A stretch of DNA of 63,892 nucleotides, counting the filler, from Octopus bimaculoides (lineage: Eukaryota), in NCBI RefSeq assembly GCF_001194135.2. It is 5 parts of 4 records of this genome, joined end to end, with 100 filler letters (N's around TTAATTAATTAA, not from the genome) between each part and the next. Parts side by side here need not be neighbours in the genome. Positions count along the whole stretch, not along the records: positions 1 to 25,160 come from NC_068984.1; 4 more parts are not named here. One strand, 5' to 3'. This document shows positions 1 through 14,074 of this stretch, piece by piece. Made by a program: the position numbers and the translations under genes. A model generated the notes under the pieces. It was given only the letters and a program-made list of their open reading frames with translations, was not told the origin of the DNA and did not search any database. Each line of letters begins with the position of its first letter. Within the stretch, counting starts at the first letter, position 1.

Positions 1-75
<75 letters not shown>

Positions 76-202
76 TGTATGAATAAAACATGATTGATGT
101 AAGAGGTGGAAGGCGTTGAGAGTAACATAAGTACGTCATAGTGAACCGTAAGTGATAAACTATAAATGTACATATATCATTTGAGACACTGTGTTTCACG
201 TG

Positions 203-258
<56 letters not shown>

Positions 259-659
259 GTGTATGATGTAAATATATATATATATAAATTGCCACTCAGA
301 AAGCGACGTGGCTGGCATTCAACACTGAAAGTATTCGGCATTCTATTATCATCTATCCACTTGATTAGCTATTCTGAGACACTTGCATTACATCTTGCAA
401 TTTATTACGTGCCGTACAAAGGGGATGATGAATTCCTTACCTATTCGTCAATTTCAGAAACCAAGTAGGCAAAGTTTACCTCAGACTAAAATTGGTTGGG
501 GATTAGTCTCGTACAGCAGAATCAATTACCGCTTTACTGTTTCTCAGAATTACCAACGGCCTTAAATAGAAGCCAAGATACACACACACACACATACATA
601 CACACGCGCGCGCGCGGACACATACGTGCAAACATGCACAAATATATATACATATAGGC

Positions 660-808
660 GTAGGCGTTGCTATGCGGAAAGAAGCTTGTTTCCCAACGAT
701 TTGGTTCTAGGTTCAGCTCCACTGTGTGGCACCTTGGGCAATTGTCTATAGCTTCGGGCCGACCAAAGCCTTGTGAGTGGATTTGGTAGACGGAAACTGA
801 AAAAAGCC

Positions 809-812
<4 letters not shown>
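660..812 (+). mobile_element. tRNA-derived SINE family A, 5' part
   Basis: gcaccttgggcaa...ggccgaccaaagccttgtgagtggatttggtagacggaaactgaaa, shared with the copies at 30880 and 57660. Confidence 0.75.
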
Positions 813-850
<38 letters not shown>

Positions 851-2185
851 NNNNNNNNNNNNNNNNNNNNNNNNNNNNNNNNNNNNNNNNNNNNNNNNNN
901 NNNNNNNNNNNNNNNNNNNNNNNNNNNNNNNNNNNNNNNNNNNNNNNNNNNNNNNNNNNNNNNNNNNNNNNNNNNNNNNNNNNNNNNNNNNNNNNNNNNN
1001 NNNNNNNNNNNNNNNNNNNNNNNNNNNNNNNNNNNNNNNNNNNNNNNNNNNNNNNNNNNNNNNNNNNNNNNNNNNNNNNNNNNNNNNNNNNNNNNNNNNN
1101 NNNNNNNNNNNNNNNNNNNNNNNNNNNNNNATATATATATATATATATATAAATGATATCCTACCACATCTATGTATGTCTGTGTGTCTGTTGCCTGCCT
1201 GTCCATCTGTTTGTGCGTCCGTCCGCCTGTCTGTCTGTCTATCTATCTACATATGTATGTATGTATGTATATATGCGTACATTTATATATGGATGTTTGT
1301 AAGTGTGTTTGTGTACGTGTATGTATGTTTTAAGAGAATAAGTTGAGAAAGAGAATCATATTATCAAAAATGAAACGAAAAATATAAATGAGGAATGATT
1401 ACAGAATATACGAAGGTTATGGAAACTCTCAACCTCTCAATCCCATTGAAATTGGAACTAAATGTTTTCAGATCGTTGACCTCTGTAACCTATCGTCAGT
1501 ATTGCAATTACGGTGATTGTTTTGACGGTGGCAGTAACAGCGAGAGGCATTAACTGTGGTGGTTTCAAGTCTGTGAATAAGAGAAATCATCTCTTTGTCA
1601 ATTATATCTTCGTCGCATCCCATCGGGCTTTGAACTCCGAACATTAACTGAGCGGAAATATATGGTGTATGACATTCAGTTTGGAAACTCGTCACTGTTT
1701 CTTTCACACCACAGTTCGTTTATCATACTACGATTATTATAGTAGGTAATAGTGATAATGCTGGTCGCGCTTCGGTTTCGGTTTATTGATTGTCCAATAA
1801 GGCACTGCTAGTGTGTTTAAACCTATTACTGAGATGGAGTTGTCGCATAATATGGAAATATGACTAGCCAGGGAAATAAACATGTAGATGTAATAATGGT
1901 ACTACTAATAGCTGATGATAAGGTCGTTGACACCAGAGAACCAAGAGAAGATAATAAAATAAAAGCATTAAGAAGAGTGTAAGAGCTAAAGATTATCGGT
2001 CTGTGTTTAACAACGAAGATGACTAATCGATTACTTCGGAATATCTTATTTGGTTTTCTACATGTCAAATCTGTGTAATGGCACTCAATGCATTGAAAGG
2101 TAAACAAAGCATTATCTCAGAGAAAAGTAGAAATAAATACCAAAGTTAATAGATTTAAAGAACTTTTGTCTGAAAATAAACTGAG

Positions 2186-2358
2186 CTTAGCAGCATTTGG
2201 TTCGTCTTTACGTTCTGAGTTAAAATTCCGCCAAGGTTGACTTTGCATTTCATCCTTTCGGGGTTCGATGAAATAAGTACCAGTCAAGTACTGCAGTCGA
2301 TGTAACCAACTAACCCCTTGCTTCTAAAGTTACTGGCCTTGTGCCCTAAATTTTAAAC
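2186..2358 (+). mobile_element. tRNA-derived SINE family B (Meta-domain-like core)
   Basis: B-box-like gagttaaaattcc plus core gactttgcatttcatcctttcggggt.cgat..aataagtaccagt shared by more than 20 copies in the window. Confidence 0.75.
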
Positions 2359-2359
2359 A

Positions 2360-3080
2360 GTTCTTGGCACTATTTTACTCAAGTTTTCAAGATCCACAAG
2401 TGAGAAACATTGTCACAAACTTTCTAGCTGTCAATCCATGCTATACTTAGATCGTTCTCTTTTTCCTTCATCCATAGCATTGTTGATCAATAATTGACCT
2501 TCGCAGTCATGAGAATCATTGCACCGTCTCTTCTGAAATAAGTTAGTACATCTTGATGTTCATCATTTGCGATATCATTGCAGAAAGGACATTATTAGCT
2601 GTAGAAAGAAACTCAAGAGTTTTTAGATTTAGGATTTACTACTTATTTATATTAAGAGATTAAAATGGCTTTTCTTTTCAGTGAGTTAGTTGTTACCAGC
2701 TTTTTCCTATCTTCTTAAACTCAACTAACACTTTGTCTGTGTCCCTGTTAAATATATTACTCGGAAGTGTAAGATCATATTTTCCGGTGTTTTTCAGTTG
2801 TTTGGTTTTATAACCTGAACCAATTCTCATGCTGTTATGACTTTCTTCTTATTGTTTAGGTTCTTGCTCATTGTTTTAAAACAATCTCCTCTGTACTGAT
2901 ATCATTGCTCTCCTTACTCTACTAAAGAAGTTTACTTCACATGATGTTCACAGTACTTTGATTTCTATTTTATTTTTACTTATTTTCTGATAAAATTCTT
3001 TAGGATCGGATTTCGTAGCTCTCCTTCTGTTGACGAACTTTTCTTTGGTGTATTTTTGTTATTTCTCTTATGTACACGTT
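2360..3080 (-). pseudogene. Highly decayed R4/Dong-clade non-LTR reverse transcriptase fragment
   Basis: Minus-strand motifs DCEGQLLINNA, LSIAWID and DNVSHLWILKT correspond to R4-type 'CKDQLLINK...LSMAWIDYKKAYDSVPHSWI'. Many stops and frameshifts. Confidence 0.55.
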
Positions 3081-3175
3081 ACCCATGCAATATCATCCTG
3101 TACCGTCTTCTATCTTCATTGATCTTGTTACTCACACTTGCGGTTAATAAAGGAACCATTATTATTATCATTATT

Positions 3176-3392
3176 AAGGCGGCAAGCTGGCGGAATCGTT
3201 AGCATGCTGACCGAAAGGCTTAGCGGTATTTCACCCGTCGCTATCGTCTGAGTTTAAATTCCGCCGAGGTCAGCTTTGCTTTTTATCTTTGTGGGGTCGA
3301 TAAATTAAGTACCAGTGAAACACTGGGGTCGATGTACTCTACTTATTTCTTCTCCATAAATGACTGCCCTTGTGGCAGAATTTGAAACTATT
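3176..3392 (+). mobile_element. SINE family B, full length
   Basis: aaggcggcaagctggcggaatcgttagc head, gagtttaaattcc B-box, core and (ATT)n tail. A further partial copy lies at 4009-4135. Confidence 0.85.
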
Positions 3393-3393
3393 A

Positions 3394-3982
3394 TTATTAC
3401 CTCCGCCTTAGCGAAGGCAGGGGTTTTGTTTTCAGTCGTGTTTATTAGTTTGTCCGTGGACAATATAACTCAAGAACTGCATGATGGATTCGGATGAAAC
3501 TTTCAGGGATATTTGGCCTCATGACTGGCATGAAGTGATTAGATTTTGGGATCGATCCGGTACCGGACAAGGATTCTGCATTATTTGTTATATTTACTTT
3601 ACGTGATTACGATCTTACGTTAACTTTCAAGTCTTTCTCAATTATCTCCCTTTAGGCTGTAGCTATTTTGAATGGTGAATTTATTAACTTTGGCTTGTAT
3701 TAGATAAGGATAAACTATTTATCACTGTTACTAAATTTTCTACAGCCATCTTCACATTCCATGACTACCATTGGGATCGATGAGGTACCGGACAAGTATT
3801 CTGGATTATTTTTCCGGTTCTTTTACTTAAATTTTGAGAGCTGTCAGGTTAATTTTTAGTATTCTCGTTCGTGAGAGAAGTCGAGATTATTTCAGATATT
3901 CATTTTAAAAATCATCTCTGGCTAATCGTTGTGAGGACGTTGGTGTTACCTTCGTGGAGGTTTGCGCTCTCTGAGTGCTCTT
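3394..3982 (+). mobile_element. Non-autonomous Helentron-associated (HINE/DINE-1-like) element
   Basis: Starts attacctccgccttagcgaaggc (short hairpin), has an internal duplicated gggatcgat..ggtaccggacaag unit and ends in the stem-loop gcgctc-tct-gagtgc. A second copy is inverted at 48861-49200. Confidence 0.55.
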
Positions 3983-4130
3983 ATAATAATAATAATAATA
4001 ATAATAATATTCTGCCGAGGTCGACTTTGCTTTTCATCCTTTCGGGGTCGATAGATTAAGTACCAGTTGCGTACTGGGTCGATCTAATCCCTCCGCAAAA
4101 ATTTCGGGCCTTGTCCCTAGAGTAGAAAAG

Positions 4131-4300
<170 letters not shown>

Positions 4301-5556
4301 GACTACTTTGCATTATTAATTTCTTTATATATACTTATCTCAGTCTATTTCAATGTAGTATTAAATTCTCCGAAGAAAGATCGATAATAGACTCTGTCAC
4401 TATTGTTATTGATGAGAATGACTGATAATCTGGTAAAACATCGTTTTAACATCTAAACAATGGTATCTGCACAGGCTACTAATAGAATGCTTTAGTTATT
4501 TTTATTTGAATGTCCACAACACTGTCTCTTTAGAAAACACATTTACAGTTTATCTACATTTTATCAATTGTTATTTTTTCCATTAAGCTGACATTTTTTT
4601 TCGGCTGTATCCGGGTATCACTTAAGAAAGTTGAGCTATTGTGCAACAGTTGAAAATTCGATTTTGCTAGAAATGAGTATCTAAGTAAATTTAGAATTGA
4701 CGTAAAGAAGACAATAACACTGCGGACATTTTAAAGCTTGAGTGAACCATGATAAATTTCTAAATCAGACAAAAAAAAAAAAGGGGAAACAAATAAATGG
4801 AATTATAGTCGTGGATTTTAGAGTTGTTGAATGATTGATGGTGTGAAAATAAAGAACGATAAGGGATTGTAAAATGTTTTACTGAAAATAGTAACCATTA
4901 GTCGTACGGTAGTCAGAGTAAATGATTGTTAGTCAACCGAGAACGAAAAAAATGCTTTTATTAATGAAATGTTTATCAGCGAGAGAGCCTTAACGCTCCA
5001 CACAATTGCTTGATTTACTAAGAATAATAACCGATTCTATACATTCTATAGTTTTAAAATAAAAGACACTGAATAATGTGGCCACGTTTAGGGGGAGACT
5101 TTTATCAAGACTGTTTTCAGAGATATGTCTATACTGTCGTTCATTTTCAATTTGCTGTTTATACAACCCCATTTCCTCCATATACCTACAAGGCACAAAA
5201 GCATTGATTTTCGGTTTTTATCTCTTCCTGGAATCTTCACTGTTATCGGTGTTAAATATCTCCGACGGACGAACGAATTATTTCAAGATCATTAACATTT
5301 CATTAACAGGATCCAAGAACTATGTGGTGAAATAGTAAGATAATAAAAGTATCTGTTTATCATGCCACTGAATCTAAGGTACCATGCATTAAATTCTATC
5401 TCATGACACACAACGTCATGAATAGCGAAACGATCAAAGAACAGCGGGAGAGAATTTTTTTTGTTTTAGATGCTTTCAATGTTCTCTACAAAAATTTGCC
5501 AATGTCTCATGAGGCTGCCCATATACTTCTCACAGTACACCATTAAATTCAACAAG

Positions 5557-5613
<57 letters not shown>

Positions 5614-5770
5614 ATAGTAGTAACTTCTCACATTAGAACATTTATTGAAAAAGAAGGATGTCGCTGACTGCATCAATCTAGGTCATGAATATATTCGTGC
5701 GCTTAGAACAATTTAGAAAAGATATCGAATATTCGAAGGTAAATTCATTCAAGGATCTGACGAGTTACTG

Positions 5771-5826
<56 letters not shown>

Positions 5827-5827
5827 G

Positions 5828-5865
<38 letters not shown>

Positions 5866-5870
5866 ACTAC
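5557..5870. repeat. (GTA)n at 5557-5617 and (CTA)n/(CTG)n at 5767-5870
   Basis: Read directly. Confidence 0.95.
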
Positions 5871-7833
5871 TTTAATTTTATTTTGCCTCAAGTGTCCATT
5901 CCTTTATTCATGTTAGAAAAACGTTTACATGACCTGTATGTATAGAAATATTATTATAAGTAAAACGAGACTAGAATCAAAAACATTAAGCAATATAAGA
6001 CATTGAAAATAGGCCAAGAAATGCAGATGAATTACACAAAATAAATTTTGCACAAATATCATTCTCTTTCCTTAAAAGGGAAACTTCACCCTCTCTTATA
6101 NNNNNNNNNNNNNNNNNNNNNNNNNNNNNNNNNNNNNNNNNNNNNNNNNNNNNNNNNNNNNNNNNNNNNNNNNNNNNNNNNNNNNNNNNNNNNNNNNNNN
6201 NNNNNNNNNNNNNNNNNNNNNNNNNNNNNNNNNNNNNNNNNNNNNNNNNNNNNNNNNNNNNNNNNNNNNNNNNNNNNNNNNNNNNNNNNNNNNNNNNNNN
6301 NNNNNNNNNNNNNNNNNNNNNNNNNNNNNNNNNNNNNNNNNNNNNNNNNNNNNNNNNNNNNNNNNNNNNNNNNNNNNNNNNNNNNNNNNNNNNNNNNNNN
6401 NNNNNNNNNNNNNNNNNAAAAAAAAAAAAAAAAAAGAAGCAAAACGCGTCCCACCTCATCTTTGCAATCCCGTTTCAGGTCATTGACAATCAAAGTAGTT
6501 TTCACCAATAATCTATCAGCAGAGTATCTTTTGAATTCTTGCCCTGCTTTTTCCACCCTAATCAATAAAATTTCATCATATCATTTTTTCAACCTTTCAC
6601 AAATTTTACCATAAGCATCTTCAGCCATAACCTCTTTATACAAGCTGAAAAATGCAGTTGGAAAATTCTAATTAACTTGTGCACAGAAACCTATAATATC
6701 ATTGTTATACATATCACCGAGTAAATCTATTATCTGCCATGCTGTCTTGATGCTTGGGTGCACTGGGCGTTTTCCTAGGGGTTTCACAAGCCTAGAGACC
6801 CGATTACGATCTATGTATGCTGGGACTTATTTCAATAAATAAATACTAAAGAGCTTACTTCATTGATTTGACCAGAAGTGTTAAGATGATCCTGATTATC
6901 TGGAATTTAACAAGCTATGCAGCCACATGATTCTGTTGTTTTCTCGTTTCATTTCAGCCCTGTCCTCTCTTCCGCTCTCTTTATTACAGAGATTTTGTGC
7001 TTTTAGTCGGATTAAGAAATTTTAAGTTGTTCAGAATTTTGCAGTGTCCTATGTGATCGTCTAGTTTGCCGAGTGCATTGTGCCGGCATTAGCAGTACAG
7101 TATCTTATAACGAACAATAGATGTTACTTGAGAATTCTGGAAATGTATTTATTAAACCTGAACATTTATATGCCTCTCTTATAAGATACATGAAATTATG
7201 TATGCAAGTAAGGAAACTCATTCGAATCCAACGTTTCCTGCTATTTTCAAATTAACAAACGACACAGAGATAAAAATGATTTTCTGCTGGCGAGCGAGAT
7301 GAATCTAAATTCTGTTTTTATTTGCGGTTGAATGTTTTTCAAATAATTCCTAATGCTAATAACGCCCTGGAAGAGAGCGTGGAATTAATAGTTTTCCATT
7401 TACTGTGAAATGTAAAGCCAGATTACACCAAATCACTGCTATACATATAACTATTTTCTATTGAAATCCAAAATAAAAATGAAAATCTACATATATGATC
7501 TTTTCGCACTATAACTTGCAATGTGTTTCTCAAAGTCTCTTATAGTGGACTCAGCAAGAGGTTCAAGAGGGTTTCTAAAAACTTCCCTTCGGCTATTTAA
7601 GAGGACAACTTTGAGAATAGCTAGTACAAGGTTGAATCCAAATTCTCAAATAGTTTATCGTTAAAGTAAATATATTTTGTATATTACACCATGTTATTGA
7701 TTAACTTGAAATAACATCGACTATTTTTTTCTTTTTATAGGGTATGTACAGAATTTCCATAAATCCTGCAACAAACTACTTTTGGTTCACTGTCCGGAGA
7801 ATTATGCCAATGTGACCATGATGAGTGAGTGCC

Positions 7834-7835
<2 letters not shown>

Positions 7836-7929
<94 letters not shown>

Positions 7930-8301
7930 CGTCGTCGTCGTTGTTGTTGTTGTTGTATGCGCGCTGTGGCAAGTGCCTTGTTCTGAATGCTGAGTATGTG
8001 TGTAAGTTGTATGTTTAAGTTATATATATGTCCGCAGCGATTCCTAAGGCATTTATAATTTAGGGAATCATTTGTTGTCCATTACTGTATTCTGGTTATC
8101 TCCCTTGCCAAACTTTTATATTTGAATAATTACTCCATTTCATTTAGAGATACATTACCATCTGTCGGAACACTAATACTTCGAGATTCATTCATTTATT
8201 CATTCTTCTTCTTCTTCTTATTCTTCTTCTTCTTCTTCTTCTTCTTCTTCTTCTTCTTCTTCTTCTTCTTCTTCTTCTTCTTCTTCTTCTTCTTCTTCTT
8301 C
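7836..8301. repeat. (ATT)n to (GTT)n compound repeat at 7836-7956 and (CTT)n at about 8203-8301
   Basis: Read directly. Confidence 0.95.
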
Positions 8302-8307
8302 TCATTG

Positions 8308-9158
8308 GAAGGCGGCGAGCTGGTAGAATCGGTAGCACGCTGGACGAAATNNNNNNNNNNNNNNNNNNNNNNNNNNNNNNNNNNNNNNNNNNNNNNNNNN
8401 NNNNNNNNNNNNNNNNNNNNNNNNNNNNNNNNNNNNNNNNNNNNNNNNNNNNNNNNNNNNNNNNNNNNNNNNNNNNNNNNNNNNNNNNNNNNNNNNNNNN
8501 NNNNNNNNNNNNNNNNNNNNNNNNNNNNNNNNNNNNNNNNNNNNNNNNNNNNNNNNNNNNNNNNNNNNNNNNNNNNNNNNNNNNNNNNNNNNNNNNNNNN
8601 NNNNNNNNNNNNNNNNNNNNNNNNNNNNNNNNNNNNNNNNNNNNNNNNNNNNNNNNNNNNNNNNNNNNNNNNNNNNNNNNNNNNNNNNNNNNNNNNNNNN
8701 NNNNNNNNNNNNNNNNNNNNNNNNNNNNNNNNNNNNNNNNNNNNNNNNNNNNNNNNNNNNNNNNNNNNNNNNNNNNNNNNNNNNNNNNNNNNNNNNNNNN
8801 NNNNNNNNNNNNNNNNNNNNNNNNNNNNNNNNNNNNNNNNNNNNNNNNNNNNNNNNNNNNNNNNNNNNNNNNNNNNNNNNNNNNNNNNNNNNNNNNNNNN
8901 NNNNNNNNNNNNNNNNNNNNNNNNNNNNNNNNNNNNNNNNNNNNNNNNNNNNNNNNNNNNNNNNNNNNNNNNNNNNNNNNNNNNNNNNNNNNNNNNNNNN
9001 NNNNNNNNNNNNNNNNNNNNNNNNNNNNNNNNNNNNNNNNNNNNNNNNNNNNNNNNNNNNNNNNNNNNNNNNNNNNNNNNNNNNNNNNNNNNNNNNCTGG
9101 CAAAATCGTCGACATAATCGATTTACCCCTTTCCCGAACTTGCTGGCCTTGTGCGAAA

Positions 9159-9212
<54 letters not shown>

Positions 9213-9675
9213 GTCGTTATTATTATTGGAAGGCGGCGACTTGGCAGAATCGTTAGCACACCGGGCGAAATGCTTAGCGGCATTTCGTCTGTCTTTACGT
9301 TCTGAGTTCAGATTCCACCGTGGTCGACTTTACTTTTCAACCTTTCGAGGGTCGATAAATTAAATACCAGTGAAACACTGGGGTCGATGTAATCGATTAG
9401 TCTCCTCCCCCAAATTTCAGGCCCTGTGCTTCTAGTAGAAAGGATTATTATTATCAAGGCAAGGAGCCAGCAGAATCGTTAGCACGCCGGGCAAAATGTT
9501 TAGCAGCATTTCGTCCGTCTGCCCGTTGTGAGTCTAAATTCCACCGAGGTCGACTTTGCCTTACAGCCTCTCTGGGTCGATAAAATAAGTACCAGTTGAG
9601 TGCTGGGGTCGATATAGCCAACTAGCCCCTCTCCCAAAATTTCAGGCCTTGTGCCTTTAGTAGAACGGATTATTA
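8308..9675 (+). mobile_element. Cluster of head-to-tail SINE B copies (8308 to gap to 9160, 9228-9450, 9456-9675)
   Basis: Repeated head/core/tail units separated by (ATT)n. Confidence 0.85.
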
Positions 9676-10264
9676 TTTTTATTTACAACACATTTTTCTT
9701 TTGCTCTAGCATTCCAACCATTGTCGTGTCCATAACTTTAGTCTTTTCTCCTCAAACCACACCATCTCCATCAATCCAAGTAATTTCTCTCCATTACATT
9801 TCTTGTTATACTAAATAAATGGATCCTTCGCCGATTTCAACGATGACTATTCCAGTTATTCGGACTAAAGAATTGCCTACACGTATTGTTTTTGTTCAGA
9901 AGAGGAAGCACATCGCCCATGAGCCTTTCTTTAAAGCCTCCTAAACTGGTAGAAGGAAGAAGTAAAGGGAGGGAGTTATCCTTAAGATAAGAGTCTCGTT
10001 GCGAATGCTTTCAACAAAACTGACCCCTCTGAGGCTTCCACGGACCAGGTGGAAATGTTAAAACAAAATGACAAATTAAGTTTAAACTGGAACGGTCCCC
10101 TTCTAAATTGATTCCACATAGTGGCCATACGAAGCCTATGGTAGAAGTCATCTAAGATGCCACGTAGGAGGACTGAAATTGAGAAACTATGTAACCGCAA
10201 AACAAACTTCTGAACCTAAATGTAAAGGGTTCAGTATTCTGCAGATACTTGTACTCCTAACTGA

Positions 10265-10590
10265 CTCTCCGTCGGTTGCGACGACGCCTGTCCCAGTTGA
10301 TTCGATCAACAAAACAGTAGGTTCGGGAAACTAACGTGCACGTGGTTGAGCACTCCACAGACGTGCGTAACCATTAACGTGGTTCTCAGGGAGATTCAGC
10401 GTGATACAGAATGTGACACGGCTGGCTCTTTGAATTACACGTACAACAAATTTTTGCCAGCTGATTGAACTGGAGTAACGTGAAATAAAGTGTCTTGCTC
10501 AAGGACACAACGCATCTCCGGGAATGGAACTCACGACCTTACGATCATGAGCCAAATTCTCTGACCACTAAGCCACGCTCCTTCACTGTA
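10265..10590 (-). mobile_element. tRNA-derived SINE family C (CORE-like body, LINE-like 3' tail)
   Basis: Shares gagcactccacagac.cgtg..acc.ttaac...gagattcagcgtga with 18905-19280. Reverse B-box gggaatggaactcacgacc. Confidence 0.75.
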
Positions 10591-11734
10591 CTCTTACGAA
10601 ATCCTTAGACAGAATTAGCTAAACAGAGTGATACCACTGGCTCTTCAAATTAAGGAGTACAGTCTATTCTACGAGCTTTCACATAGTTTTACTCTAAAGG
10701 CACCTTTTAGTGGTATCGAACTCAAGACCTTAGAATTGCTCTGAATACACCATGCCTTGTTTTAGCTATGGCTATGGCACTCTTCCTATTCTTCAGTGAT
10801 CACCATTATGAATTCAGCAGCTACCACTTCTTTTACCACCACCAAAACCACCATCACCACCACCACCACCACAATTCCATTACAGCTGCTCTCCTCCTTA
10901 TCCTCATCAACAACAGCTGCATTAGCACCAATAGCAGTGTAAGCTAACCACGTTATGTATTGCTAGCTATGAACTCTACTTGTATAAATACAGCAACGGT
11001 AGACTTAGAGTGTGTCTGGAAAACAAAATACAGCAAGGTCGAATTTGGTTTATACAGAGATGGTTGACCAAATTTGGAACCTTGTAAGAAGAACTTAGTA
11101 AGAACATATGGCAGCATAATTACCAGATGAGCGATCCTGAACGCATTAAAATCCCTAGAAATATCCAATCAGAGTGATCTCATAGTTTCTGGTTCAACAA
11201 ATTCCACTTATACGAGACAGCATTTTAATCAACAGTTCCTTGCTGTCGTTTCTTCTCTTGTAACTAATATGCATATTTATTTTGTCTGTTTTTCTGTGTC
11301 TATCATCAAACTAATAGATACATTATTAACCACACTTTTGCCTTTGAAGTAAATAAAGATCAACATGAATTATTTAAGGGCTCTCAAAAATAACTAATGC
11401 AATAATATGCTTGACCAATGAAGGAAGAAAATTATTGAGCGTTTATGTTTATGATAAAGAAATTTATGTAAACGATGTCAGTTATATTTTTGTAGTGAAA
11501 ATATAAAAATAAACGTTAATATATGGACGATATAATCCTAAATATACGAAAAGTATCAATAAAACCAATAGTGCAGACAGAATACAACAGAATTCTTAGG
11601 ATGTTTTAATATTACAGTCCATAAATTAATTATAAATTTGGCATGAATTCTAGCATTCTTAGTTGACCGAGAGACAAAAGTAACTCAAAGCTGTGTCATG
11701 AGATACAGCTATATTCTGCGACATTTGGAATTAC

Positions 11735-11782
<48 letters not shown>

Positions 11783-11936
11783 AGCACATAAAGTAGAATT
11801 AAGAGTCGTACAACAAAAGTAGTAAGACGAAGTACGTAGTATCAAAGCATCGCCTGAGCAAGAACCCACATTTAACTGGTGTTATGTGCGTGAGCACATG
11901 TGAGTGCGTGCGTAATATATATACATCTGTACACGC

Positions 11937-11972
<36 letters not shown>

Positions 11973-14074
11973 GTGTGTGTATGTGCGCGTCTCTGTGTGT
12001 AATTTTTTTCTTGTGTGTGGTTTTGTTTTTTCCGTTTGAAGATTACTTAGACTTGAAACCTGAAATAACGATTCGTTATATTTAATGGACTACACAATAT
12101 CTTCTCATATCTACATACTTGTACAGATAAATATAGAACGTAATTCCACACTATTAATCTGTATAAAGCACCACATAACCATTTCAAAGACAAAGTTATT
12201 CTTGATTGTTATGTACTGATATCATCCTTGATTACAACAATCTCATACATTTTTAACACCAACAAAAAACAATATTCATTACAAACTATTTCTTTTTTCT
12301 TTTCACAGTGGAGGAACCTGATGGTATAACATTTTTGTTACATTATGTGTGAACTTCCGATTATATCAATTAACCTGTTTAATATTTTTAGTGATTTCAC
12401 TGTATTTTTCCCCGAATTATCATCGACTAACTATAATGTTTGTTTTTTGTTAATCCAATGATTCATAATGCTCTTGAGAAACGCATGTGCTTCATACATT
12501 CCTGTTTCCCATTGCCCTATAGATTTAAAGTATATATATGTGAAATCAATATTTATCAATAGGTGGGCGTGGATTTGAAGAATCGATAGAGCAATGGGCT
12601 AAGATGGATCGTGGTTTTATGTCCCATTGCCTTGGAAATTTAAACTCTGTCGAGGTCAGATTAACTCTTCAACATTTCGTGGTTGATAAAAATAAATTAC
12701 CTGTTAAGTATAGGAGGTCGATTAAATCGTTTGTATCTTTCCTTAAAATGTGTGGATTTGTACCTAAGTTAGAAATCAATATTTTTGTCAGGTTTACTTT
12801 TGAAAATATAAACTGCCACTCCTGTAAGCTTCAAATGTTTGACCGATGAAAATTATAGCATTTTTCCATTTAATATTTCAAGTAATATGAACTATAGAAT
12901 AGTCTTCTCTGTATATTACTTAACGTGTATATTCTGAAGAAAGCCACACATATATGGTATTTGTTTCGAGGAAGAAGCTGGAATAGACGTATAGCGAAAA
13001 AAAAAAAAAGGAAAAAGTACAGAAAAACATCATTAGACGAAATTCGTCTCGCAGCGGCGTGGAATTGTTAAATCCAGTTTTCTGCGTATTTGCACGTCAT
13101 CAGCAGCACGCATCCACACTGCATACGTAGGCAAATTTAGCCTCTACTAATATGGAAAAACATCGATTAACAAATAACTGGTGTCGCATAAAACCGGCAA
13201 GCTTGGTGAATTCGATATTAGCGACGGAAGCAGTATTATTTCAAAATAGTATTGTTTTTCTTCCTCAACGAGGATATATTTTAAAATTATAATATACATT
13301 TAATCCAAATATTTAACTTAGACTGTGTCATATCTAAACTATAGAGTGATTTATACTTAAATATTTTGATTTAATTAGACTCTGTGTTTAGATTATATTG
13401 TAATTTACATTTAAATATTTGAAGTAGATTATACTTTTACATTCAAATTATTTCGCATTATATCTGAAATGCAGTGTTTAAGATACATACTTGGGATATC
13501 ATAACGAGATAGGGATATCATCATGTAACCTACTTTATTATATAGAGAAGAAGAAGGAAGAAACTGAAATGGTTCAACTACATAATAAGAAGCTCATGTA
13601 ATGATTATGTAGCTCTGGCATTTCTCCAAGATTACCCAGACGTCAGAAAACGTGGCAGACCACCTCGGAGATGAAATTTCAAACGGCTTATCGCCCACAA
13701 CATCCGAAAGCAGAGAAGCCAATTGAAGATGTTGGCGATGATAGGAGAGAGAAAATATTTTTTACGGATATGGTATAGGATCTCCGTCGGATTATCGCAT
13801 TCTGATACTTGTTTCACTCATTGACCTGCAGTGAAATTGGGGCAATTTAGCATTAAATTGAATGATTACTCAGTACTTTTTGTATAGTACATATTCATTA
13901 AGCTTTTACAAGGAAACTGTTGATAGTGACTTAGAAGTTACTGCTTGCTCGCTTTCTCCATACACACCCACAAATGCGCATGCTCCCACTTTTTATGACG
14001 TTAGATAAAAACAGCAGTGGTTAGTAAAATTGACTAAAAAATTATAGCGAATCCTCATTATTATTTCTAACCTT

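Noticed and set aside
4990-5177. Minus-strand acceptor followed by YMEEMGLYKQQIENERQY...
   Set aside because: No convincing donor, no family recognised, and the frame extends upstream of the acceptor as in a decayed element.
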